From Eledone cirrhosa (lineage: Eukaryota): DNA of 64,000 nt. Made by a program: the position numbers and the translations under genes. Shown here one piece after another: positions 41,901-54,800 of this stretch. Position 1 is the first letter of the stretch; each line of letters opens with the position of its first letter. The notes under the pieces are model-generated. The model saw only the letters and a program-made list of their open reading frames with translations, was not told the origin of the DNA and ran no database searches. The DNA is taken from contig OZ024744.1 of assembly GCA_964016885.1 (NCBI GenBank), forward strand, positions 30,628,001-30,692,000, in the 5' to 3' direction.

Positions 41901-44860
41901 CTAAAGAATGAAACAGTTCTAGTCCTGTAGAATCTCATGTATATTAACATTTTTTGATACCCAGATTCCTGATGATTTCTAAAGAATGAAACAGTTCTAG
42001 TCCTGTAGAATCTCATCTATACTAACATTTTTTGATACCCAGATTCCTGGTGATTTCTAAAGAATGAAACAGTTCTCGTCCTGTAGAATCTCATCTATAT
42101 TAAAAAATGTTGATACACAGATTCCTGATGTTTTCTAAAGAATGAAACAGTTCTAGTCCTGTAGAATATCATCTATATTAAAATTTTTTGATACCCAGAT
42201 TCCTGATGATTTCTAATGAATGAAACAGTTCTAGTCCTGTAGAATCTCATTTATATTAACATTTTTTGACACCCAGATTCCTGATGATTTCTAAAGAATG
42301 AAACAGTTCTAGTCCTGTAGAATCTCATCTATATTAAAAATTTTGATACCCACATTCCTGATGATTTCTAAAGAATGAAACAGTGCTAGTCCTGTAGAAT
42401 CTCATCTATATTAACATTTTTTGATACCCAGATTCCTGATGATTTCTAGAGAATGAAACAGTTCTAGTCCTGTAGAATCTCATCTATATTAACATTTTTT
42501 GATACCCAGAAGTCTGATGATTTCTAAAGAATGAAACAGTTCTAGTCCTCTAGAATCTCATCTATACTAAAATTTTTTGATACCCAGATTGCTGGTGATT
42601 TCTAAAGAATGAAACAGTTCTAGTCCTGTAGAATCTCATCTATATTAAAAAATTTTGATACACAGATTCCTGATGATTTCTAAAGAATGAAACAGTGCTA
42701 GTCCTGTAGAATCTCATCTATATTAACATTTTCTGATACCCAGATTCCTGATGATTTCTAGAGAATGAAACAGTTCTAGTCCTGTAGAATCTCATCTATA
42801 TTAACATTTTTGATACCCAGATTCCTGATGATTTCTAAAGAATGAAACAGTTCTAGTCCTGTAGTATCTCATCTATATTAACATTTTTTGACACCCAGAT
42901 TCCTGATGATTTCTAAAGAATGAAACAGTTCTAGTCCTGTAGAATCTCATCTATATTAAAATTTTTGGATAACCAGATTCCTGATGATTTCTAAAGAATG
43001 AAACAGTTCTAGTCCTTTAGAATCTCATCCATATTAAAATTTTTTGATACCCAGATTCCTGATGATTTCTAAAGAATGAAACAGTTCTAGTCCTGTAGAA
43101 TCTCATCTATATTAAAATTTTTTGATACCCAGATTCCTGATGATTTCTAAAGAATGAAACAGTTCTCGTCCTCTAGAACCTCATCTATATTAACATTTTT
43201 TGATACCCAGATTCCTGATGATTTCTAAAGATTGAAACAGTTCTAGTCCTGTAGAATCTCATATATATTAACATTTTTTGACTCCCAGATTCCTGATGAT
43301 TTCTAAAGAATGAAACAGTCCTAGTCGTGTAGAATCTCATCTATATTAAACATTTGTGATACGCAGATTCCTGATGATTTCTAAAGAATGAAACAGTCCT
43401 AGTCGTGTAGAATCTCATCTATATTAAACATTTGTGATACCCAGATTCCTGATGATTTCTAAAGAATGAAACAGTTCTCGTCCTGTAGAATCTCATCTAT
43501 ATTAAAAAATGTTGATACACAGATTCCTGATGTTTACTAAAGAATGAAACAGTTCTAGTCCTGCAGAATATCATCTATATTAACATTTTTTGATACCCAG
43601 ATTCCTGATGATTTCTAATGAATGAAACAGTTCTAGTCCTGTAGAATCTCATCTATATTAACATTTTTTGACACCCAGATTCCTGATGATTTCTAAAGAA
43701 TGAAACAGATCTAGTCCTGTAGAATCTCATCTATATTAAAACTTTTGATACCCATATTCCTGATGATTTCTAAAGTATGAAACAGTTGTAGTTCAGTAGA
43801 ATCTCATCTATATTAAAAATTTTTGATACCCAGATTCCTGATGATTTCTAAAGAATGAAACACCTCTAGTCCTGTAGAACCTCATCTATATTAAACATTT
43901 TTGATACCCAGATTCCTGATGATTTCTAAAGAATGAAACAGTTCTAGTCCTTTAGAATCTCATCCATATTAAAATTTTTTGATACCCAGATTCCTGATGA
44001 TTTCTAAAGAATGAAACAGTTCTAGTCCTGTAGAATCTCATCTATATTAAAATTTTTTGATACCCAGATTCCTGATGATTTCTAAAGAATGAAAGAGTTC
44101 TAGTCCTGTAGAATCTCATGTATATTAAAATTTTTTGATACCCAGATTCCTGATGATTTCTAAAGAATGAAACAGTTCTACTCCTGTAGAATCTCATCTA
44201 TACTAAAATTTTTTGATACCCAGATTCCTGGTGATTTCTAAAGAATGAAACAGTTCTAGTCCTGTAGAATCTCATCTATATTAAAAAATCTTGATACACA
44301 GATTCCTGATGATTTCTAAAGAATGAAACAGTGCTAGTCCTGTAGAATCTCATCTATATTAACATTTTTTGATACCCAGATTCCTGATGATTTCTAGAGA
44401 ATGAAACAGTTCTAGTCCTGTAGAATCTCATCTATATTAACATTTTTTGATACCCAGATGTCTGATGAATTCTAAAGAATGAAACAGTTCTAGTCCTGTA
44501 GAATCTCATCTATATTAACATTTTGATACCCAGATTCCTGATGATTTCTAAAGAATGAAACAGTTCTAGTCCTGTAGTATCTCATCTATATTAATATTTT
44601 TTGACACCCAGATTCCTGATGATTTCTAAAGAATGAAACAGTTCTAGTCCTGTAGAATCTCATCTATATTAAAATTTTTTGATACCCAGATTCCTGATGA
44701 TTTCTAAAGAATGAGACAGTTCTAGTCCTGTAGAATCTCATCTATATTAACATTTTTTGATACCCAGATTCCTGATGATTTCTAAAGAATGAAACAGTTC
44801 TAGTCCTTTAGAATCTCAAGCATATTAAAATTTTTTGATGCCCAGATTCCTGATAATTTC
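32940..44860. repeat. Large recent tandem duplication, 77 monomers (5999 bp) x2
   Basis: AAGTGTTCTA at 33031/39030, GTAGTATC at ~33517/39516 and GATCATTTC at 35348/41347, with a constant offset of 5999. The differences I spotted are a C>G at 40045, a T deletion near 44521 and one missing 79-bp monomer near 44700. Confidence 0.92.
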
Positions 44861-45879
44861 TAAAGAATGAAACAGTTCTAGTCCTGTAGAATCTCATCTA
44901 TATTAACATTTTTTGATACCCAGATTCCTGATGATTTCTAAAGAACGAAACAGTTCTAGTCCTGTAGAATCTTATCTTTATAAACATTTTTTGATACCCA
45001 GATTCCTGATGATTTCTAAAGATTGAAATATTTCTAGTCCTGTAGAATCTAATCTATATTAACATTTTTTGATACACAGATTCCTGATGATTTCTAAAGA
45101 ATGAAACAGTTCTAGTCCTGTAGAATCTCATCTATATTAACATTTTTTGATACCCAGATTCCTGATGATTTCTAAAGAATGAAACAGTTCTAGTCCTGTA
45201 GAATCTCATCTATATTAACATTTTTTGATACCCAGATTCCTGATGATTTCTAAAGAATGAAACAGTTCTAGTCCTTTAGAATCTCAAGCATATTAAAAAT
45301 TTTTGATACCCAGATTCCTGATAATTTCTAACGAATGAAACAGTTCTACTCCTGTACAATCTCATCTATATTAAAAAATTTTGATACCCAGATTCCTGAT
45401 GATTTCTAAAGATTGAAATATTTCTAGTCCTGTAGAATCTCATCTATATTAACATTTTTTGATACACAGATTCCTGATGATTTCTAAAGAATGAAACAGT
45501 TCTAGTCCTGTAAAATCTCATCTATATTAACATTTTTTGATACCCAGATGTCTGATGAATTCTAAAGAATGAAACAGTTCTAGTCCTGTAGAATCTCATC
45601 TATATTAACATTTTTGATACCCAGATTCCTGATGATTTCTAAAGAATGAAACAGTTCTAGTCCTGTAGTATCTCATCTATATTAACATTTTTTGACACCC
45701 AGATTCCTGATGATTTCTAAAGAATGAAACAGTTCTAGTCCTGTAGAATCTCATCTATATTAAAATTTTTGGATAACCAGATTCCTGATGATTTCTAAAG
45801 AATGAAACAGTTCTAGTCCTTTAGAATCTCATCCATATTAAAATTTTTTGATACCCAGATTCCTGATGATTTCTAAAGA

Positions 45880-48800
45880 ATGAAACAGTTCTAGTCCTGT
45901 AGAATCTCATCTATATTAAAATTTTTTGATACCCAGATTCCTGATGATTTCTAAAGAATGAAACAGTTCTAGTCCTGTAGAATCTCATGTATATTAAAAT
46001 TTTTTGATACCCAGATTCCTGATGATTTCTAAAGAATGAAACAGTTCTACTCCTGTAGAATCTCATCTATACTAAAATTTTTTGATACCCAGATTCCTGG
46101 TGATTTCTAAAGAATGAAACAGTTCTAGTCCTGTAGAATCTCATCTATATTAAAAAATCTTGATACACAGATTCCTGATGATTTCTAAAGAATGAAACAG
46201 TGCTAGTCCTGTAGAATCTCATCTATATTAACATTTTTTGATACCCAGATTCCTGATGATTTCTAGAGAATGAAACAGTTCTAGTCCTGTAGAATCTCAT
46301 CTATATTAACATTTTTTGATACCCAGATGTCTGATGAATTCTAAAGAATGAAACAGTTCTAGTCCTGTAGAATCTCATCTATATTAACATTTTTGATACC
46401 CAGATTCCTGATGATTTCTAAAGAATGAAACAGTTCTAGTCCTGTAGTATCTCATCTATATTAATATTTTTTGACACCCAGATTCCTGATGATTTCTAAA
46501 GAATGAAACAGTTCTAGTCCTGTAGAATCTCATCTATATTAAAATTTTTTGATACCCAGATTCCTGATGATTTCTAAAGAATGAAACAGTTCTAGTCCTG
46601 TAGAATCTCATCTATATTAAAATTTTTTTGATACCCAGATTCCTGATGATTTCTAAAGAATGAGACAGTTCTAGTCCTGTAGAATCTCATCTATATTAAC
46701 ATTTTTTGATACCCAGATTCCTGATGATTTCTAAAGAATGAAACAGTTCTAGTCCTTTAGAATCTCAAGCATATTAAAATTTTTTGATGCCCAGATTCCT
46801 GATAATTTCTAAAGAATGAAACAGTTCTAGTCCTGTAGAATCTCATCTATATTAACATTTTTTGATACCCAGATTCCTGATGATTTCTAAAGAACGAAAC
46901 AGTTCTAGTCCTGTAGAATCTTATCTTTATAAACATTTTTTGATACCCAGATTCCTGATGATTTCTAAAGATTGAAATATTTCTAGTCCTGTAGAATCTA
47001 ATCTATATTAACATTTTTTGATACACAGATTCCTGATGATTTCTAAAGAATGAAACAGTTCTAGTCCTGTAGAATCTCATCTATATTAACATTTTTTGAT
47101 ACCCAGATTCCTGATGATTTCTAAAGAATGAAACAGTTCTAGTCCTGTAGAATCTCATCTATATTAACATTTTTTGATACCCAGATTCCTGATGATTTCT
47201 AAAGAATGAAACAGTTCTAGTCCTTTAGAATCTCAAGCATATTAAAAATTTTTGATACCCAGATTCCTGATAATTTCTAACGAATGAAACAGTTCTACTC
47301 CTGTACAATCTCATCTATATTAAAAAATTTTGATACCCAGATTCCTGATGATTTCTAAAGATTGAAATATTTCTAGTCCTGTAGAATCTCATCTATATTA
47401 ACATTTTTTGATACACAGATTCCTGATGATTTCTAAAGAATGAAACAGTTCTAGTCCTGTAAAATCTCATCTATATTAACATTTTTTGATACCCAGATGT
47501 CTGATGAATTCTAAAGAATGAAACAGTTCTAGTCCTGTAGAATCTCATCTATATTAACATTTTTGATACCCAGATTCCTGATGATTTCTAAAGAATGAAA
47601 CAGTTCTAGTCCTGTAGAATCTCATCTATATTAAAATTTTTGGATAACCAGATTCCTGATGATTTCTAAAGAATGAAACAGTTCTAGTCCTTTAGAATCT
47701 CATCCATATTAAAATTTTTTGATACCCAGATTCCTGATGATTGCTAAAGAATGAAACAGTTCTAGTCCTGTAGAATCTCATCTATATTAAAATTTTTTGA
47801 TACCCAGATTCCTGATGATTTCTAAAGAATGAAACAGTTCTCGTCCTGTAGAACCTCATCTATATTAACATTTTTTGATACCCAGATTCCTGATGATTTC
47901 TAAAGAATGAAACAGTTCTAGTCCTGTAGAATCTCATATATATTAACATTTTTTGACTCCCAGATTCCTGATGATTTCTAAAGAATGAAACAGTCCTAGT
48001 CGTGTAGAATCTCATCTATATTAAACATTTGTGATACGCAGATTCCTGATGATTTCTAAAGAATGAAACAGTCCTAGTCGTGTAGAATCTCATCTATATT
48101 AAACATTTGTGATACCCAGATTCCTGATGATTTCTAAAGAATGAAACAGTTCTCGTCCTGTAGAATCTCATCTATATTAAAAAATGTTGATACACAGATT
48201 CCTGATGTTTACTAAAGAATGAAACAGTTCTAGTCCTGCAGAATATCATCTATATTAACATTTTTTGATACCCAGATTCCTGATGATTTCTAATGAATGA
48301 AACAGTTCTAGTCCTGTAGAATCTCATCTATATTAACATTTTTTGACACCCAGATTCCTGATGATTTCTAAAGAATGAAACAGATCTAGTCCTGTAGAAT
48401 CTCATCTATATTAAAACTTTTGATACCCATATTCCTGATGATTTCTAAAGTATGAAACAGTTGTAGTTCAGTTGAATCTCATCTATATTAAAAATTTTTG
48501 ATACCCAGATTCCTGATGATTTCTAAAGAATGAAACACCTCTAGTCCTGTAGAACCTCATCTATATTAAACATTTTTGATACCCAGATTCCTGATGATTT
48601 CTAAAGAATGAAACAGTTCTAGTCCTTTAGAATCTCATCCATATTAAAATTTTTTGATACCCAGATTCCTGATGATTTCTAAAGAATGAAACAGTTCTAG
48701 TCCTGTAGAATCTCATCTATATTAAAATTTTTTGATACCCAGATTCCTGATGATTTCTAAAGAATGAAAGAGTTCTAGTCCTGTAGAATCTCATGTATAT

Positions 48801-51800
48801 TAAAATTTTTTGATACCCAGATTCCTGATGATTTCTAAAGAATGAAACAGTTCTACTCCTGTAGAATCTCATCTATACTAAAATTTTTTGATACCCAGAT
48901 TCCTGGTGATTTCTAAAGAATGAAACAGTTCTAGTCCTGTAGAATCTCATCTATATTAAAAAATCTTGATACACAGATTCCTGATGATTTCTAAAGAATG
49001 AAACAGTGCTAGTCCTGTAGAATCTCATCTATATTAACATTTTTTGATACCCAGATTCCTGATGATTTCTAGAGAATGAAACAGTTCTAGTCCTGTAGAA
49101 TCTCATCTATATTAACATTTTTTGATACCCAGATGTCTGATGAATTCTAAAGAATGAAACAGTTCTAGTCCTGTAGAATCTCATCTATATTAACATTTTT
49201 GATACCCAGATTCCTATAATTTCTAAAGAATGAAACAGTTCTAGTCCTGTAGTATCTCATCTATATTAATATTTTTTGACACCCATATTCCTGATGATTT
49301 CTAAAGAATGAAACAGTTCTAGTCCTGTAGAATCTCATCTATATTAAAATTTTTTGATACCCAGATTCCTGATGATTTCTAAAGAATGAAACAGTTGTAG
49401 TCCTGTAGAATCTCATCTATATTAAAATTTTTTTGATACCCAGATTCCTGATGATTTCTAAAGAATGAGACAGTTCTAGTCCTGTAGAATCTCATCTATA
49501 TTAACATTTTTTGATACCCAGATTCCTGATGATTTCTAAAGAATGAAACAGTTCTAGTCCTTTAGAATCTCAAGCATATTAAAATTTTTTGATGCCCAGA
49601 TTCCTGATAATTTCTAAAGAATGAAACAGTTCTAGTCCTGTAGAATCTCATCTATATTAACATTTTTTGATACCCAGATTCCTGATGATTTCTAAAGAAC
49701 GAAACAGTTCTAGTCCTGTAGAATCTTATCTTTATAAACATTTTTTGATACCCAGATTCCTGATGATTTCTAAAGAATGAAACAGTTCTAGTCCTTTAGA
49801 ATCTCATCTATATTAACATTTTTTGATACCCAGATTCCTGATGATTTCTAAAGAATGAAACAGTTCTAGTCCTGTAGAATCTCATCTATATTAACATTTT
49901 TTGATACCCAGATTCCTGATGATTTCTAAAGAATGAAACAGTTCTAGTCCTTTAGAATCTCAAGCATATTAAAAATTTTTGATACCCAGATTCCTGATAA
50001 TTTCTAACGAATGAAACAGTTCTACTCCTGTAGAATCTCATCTATATTAAAAAATTTTGATACCCAGATTCCTGATGATTTCTAAAGATTGAAATATTTC
50101 TAGTCCTGTAGAATCTCATCTATATTAACATTTTTTGATACACAGATTCCTGATGATTTCTAAAGAATGAAACAGTTCTAGTCCTGTAGAATCTCATCTA
50201 TATTAACATTTTTTGATACCCAGATTCCTGATGATTTCTAAAGAATGAAACAGTTCTAGTCCTGTAGAATCTCATCTATATTAACATTTTTTGATACCCA
50301 GATGTCTGATGAATTCTAAAGAATGAAACAGTTCTAGTCCTGTAGAATCTCATCTATATTAACATTTTTGAGACCCAGATTCCTGATGATTTCTAAAGAA
50401 TGAAACAGTTCTAGTCCTCTAGAATCTCATCTATATTAACATTTTTTGACACCCAGATTCCTGATGATTTCTAAAGAATGAAACAGTTCTAGTCCTGTAG
50501 AACCTCATCTATATTAAACATTTTTGATACCCAGATTCCTGATGATTTCTAAAGAATGAAACAGTTCTAGTCCTCTAGAATCTTATCTATATTAACATTT
50601 TTTGACACCCAGATTCCTGATGATTTCTAAAGAATGAAACAGTTCTAGTCCTGTAGAACCTCATCTATATTAAACATTTTTGATACCCAGATTCCTGATG
50701 ATTTCTAAAGAATGAAACAGTTCTAGTCCTTTAGAATCTCATCCATATTAAAATTTTTTGATACCCAGATTCCTGATGATTTCTAAAGAATGAAACAGTT
50801 CTAGTCCTGTAGAATCTCATCTATATTAAAATTTGTTGATACCCAGATTCCTGATGATTTCTAAAGAATGAAACAGTTCTAGTCCTGTAGAATCTCATCT
50901 ATATTAAAATTTTTTTGATACCCAGATTCCTGATGATTTCTAAAGAATGAAACAGTTCTAGTCCTGTAGAATCTCATCTATATTAACATTTTTTGATACC
51001 CAGATTCCTGGTGATTTCTAAAGAATGAAACAGTTCTAGTCCTGTAGAATCTCATCTATATTAAAATTTTTTTGATACCCAGATTCCTGATGATTTCTAA
51101 AGAATGAAACAGTTCTAGTCCTCTAGAATCTCATCTATACTAAAATTTTTTGATACCCAGATTCCTGGTGATTTCTAAAGAATGAAACAGTTCTAGTCCT
51201 GTAGAATCTCATCTATATTAACATTTTTTGATACCCAGATTCCTGATGATTTCTAAAGAATGAAACAGTTCTAGTCCTGTAGAATCTCATATATATTAAC
51301 ATTTTTTGACACCCAGATTCCTGATGATTTCTAAAGAATGAAACAGTCCTAGTCGTGTAGAATCTCATCTATATTAAACATTTGTGATACCCAGATTCCT
51401 GATGATTTCTAAAGAATGAAACAGTTCTCGTTCTGTAGAATCTCATCTATATTAACATTTTTTGATACCCAGATTCCTGATGATTTCTAAAGAATGAAAC
51501 AGTTCTAGTCCTGTAGAATCTCATATATATTAACATTTTTTGACACCCAGATTCCTGATGATTTCTAAAGAATGAAATAGTCCTAGTAGTGTAGAATCTC
51601 ATCTATATTAAACATTTGTGATACCCAGATTCCTGATGATTTCTAAAGAATGAAACAGTTCTGGTCCTGTAGAATCTCATCTATATTAAAAAATGTTGAT
51701 ACACAGATTCCTGATGTTTACTAAAGAATGAAACAGTTCTAGTCCTGCAGAATATCATCTATATTAACATTTTTTGATACCCAGATTCCTGATGATTTCT

Positions 51801-54800
51801 AATGAATGAAACAGTTCTAGTCCTGTAGAATCTCATCTATATTAACATTTTTTGACACCCAGATTCCTGATGATTTCTAAAGAATGAAACAGTTCTAGTC
51901 CTGTAGAATCTCATCTATATTAAAATTTTTTGATACCCAGATTCCTGATGATTTCTAAAGAATGAAAGAGTTCTAGTCCTGTAGAATCTCATGTATATTA
52001 AAATTTTTTGATACCCAGATTCCTGATGATTTCTAAAGAATGAAACAGTTCTACTCCTGTAGAATCTCATCTATACTAAAATTTTTTGATACCCAGATTC
52101 CTGGTGATTTCTAAAGAATGAAACAGTTCTAGTCCTGTAGAATCTCATCTATATTAAAAAATCTTGATACACAGATTCCTGATGATTTCTAAAGAATGAA
52201 ACAGTGCTAGTCCTGTAGAATCTCATCTATATTAACATTTTTTGATACCCAGATTCCTGATGATTTCTAGAGAATGAAACAGTTCTAGTCCTGTAGAATC
52301 TCATCTATATTAACATTTTTTGATACCCAGATGTCTGATGAATTCTAAAGAATGAAACAGTTCTAGTCCTGTAGAATCTCATCTATATTAACATTTTTGA
52401 TACCCAGATTCCTGATGATTTCTAAAGAATGAAACAGTTCTAGTCCTGTAGTATCTCATCTATATTAATATTTTTTGACACCCAGATTCCTGATGATTTC
52501 TAAAGAATGAAACAGTTCTAGTCCTGTAGAATCTCATCTATATTAAAATTTTTTGATACCCAGATTCCTGATGATTTCTAAAGAATGAAACAGTTCTAGT
52601 CCTGTAGAATCTCATCTATATTAAAATTTTTTTGATACCCAGATTCCTGATGATTTCTAAAGAATGAGACAGTTCTAGTCCTGTAGAATCTCATCTATAT
52701 TAACATTTTTTGATACCCAGATTCCTGATGATTTCTAAAGAATGAAACAGTTCTAGTCCTTTAGAATCTCAAGCATATTAAAATTTTTTGATGCCCAGAT
52801 TCCTGATAATTTCTAAAGAATGAAACAGTTCTAGTCCTGTAGAATCTCATCTATATTAACATTTTTTGATACCCAGATTCCTGATGATTTCTAAAGAACG
52901 AAACAGTTCTAGTCCTGTAGAATCTTATCTTTATAAACATTTTTTGATACCCAGATTCCTGATGATTTCTAAAGATTGAAATATTTCTAGTCCTGTAGAA
53001 TCTAATCTATATTAACATTTTTTGATACACAGATTCCTGATGATTTCTAAAGAATGAAACAGTTCTAGTCCTGTAGAATCTCATCTATATTAACATTTTT
53101 TGATACCCAGATTCCTGATGATTTCTAAAGAATGAAACAGTTCTAGTCCTGTAGAATCTCATCTATATTAACATTTTTTGATACCCAGATTCCTGATGAT
53201 TTCTAAAGAATGAAACAGTTCTAGTCCTTTAGAATCTCAAGCATATTAAAAATTTTTGATACCCAGATTCCTGATAATTTCTAACGAATGAAACAGTTCT
53301 ACTCCTGTACAATCTCATCTATATTAAAAAATTTTGATACCCAGATTCCTGATGATTTCTAAAGATTGAAATATTTCTAGTCCTGTAGAATCTCATCTAT
53401 ATTAACATTTTTTGATACACAGATTCCTGATGATTTCTAAAGAATGAAACAGTTCTAGTCCTGTAAAATCTCATCTATATTAACATTTTTTGATACCCAG
53501 ATGTCTGATGAATTCTAAAGAATGAAACAGTTCTAGTCCTGTAGAATCTCATCTATATTAACATTTTTGATACCCAGATTCCTGATGATTTCTAAAGAAT
53601 GAAACAGTTCTAGTCCTGTAGTATCTCATCTATATTAACATTTTTTGACACCCAGATTCCTGATGATTTCTAAAGAATGAAACAGTTCTAGTCCTGTAGA
53701 GTCTCATCTATATTAAAATTTTTGGATAACCAGATTCCTGATGATTTCTAAAGAATGAAACAGTTCTAGTCCTTTAGAATCTCATCCATATTAAAATTTT
53801 TTGATACCCAGATTCCTGATGATTTCTAAAGAATGAAACAGTTCTAGTCCTGTAGAATCTCATCTATATTAAAATTTTTTGATACCCAGATTCCTGATGA
53901 TTTCTAAAGAATGAAACAGTTCTCGTCCTGTAGAACCTCATCTATATTAACATTTTTTGATACCCAGATTCCTGATGATTTCTAAAGAATGAAACAGTTC
54001 TAGTCCTGTAGAATCTCATATATATTAACATTTTTTGACTCCCAGATTCCTGATGATTTCTAAAGAATGAAACAGTCCTAGTCGTGTAGAATCTCATCTA
54101 TATTAAACATTTGTGATACGCAGATTCCTGATGATTTCTAAAGAATGAAACAGTCCTAGTCGTGTAGAATCTCATCTATATTAAACATTTGTGATACCCA
54201 GATTCCTGATGATTTCTAAAGAATGAAACAGTTCTCGTCCTGTAGAATCTCATCTATATTAAAAAATGTTGATACACAGATTCCTGATGTTTACTAAAGA
54301 ATGAAACAGTTCTAGTCCTGCAGAATATCATCTATATTAACATTTTTTGATACCCAGATTCCTGATGATTTCTAATGAATGAAACAGTTCTAGTCCTGTA
54401 GAATCTCATCTATATTAACATTTTTTGACACCCAGATTCCTGATGATTTCTAAAGAATGAAACAGATCTAGTCCTGTAGAATCTCATCTATATTAAAACT
54501 TTTGATACCCATATTCCTGATGATTTCTAAAGTATGAAACAGTTGTAGTTCAGTTGAATCTCATCTATATTAAAAATTTTTGATACCCAGATTCCTGATG
54601 ATTTCTAAAGAATGAAACACCTCTAGTCCTGTAGAACCTCATCTATATTAAACATTTTTGATACCCAGATTCCTGATGATTTCTAAAGAATGAAACAGTT
54701 CTAGTCCTTTAGAATCTCATCCATATTAAAATTTTTTGATACCCAGATTCCTGATGATTTCTAAAGAATGAAACAGTTCTAGTCCTGTAGAATCTCATCT

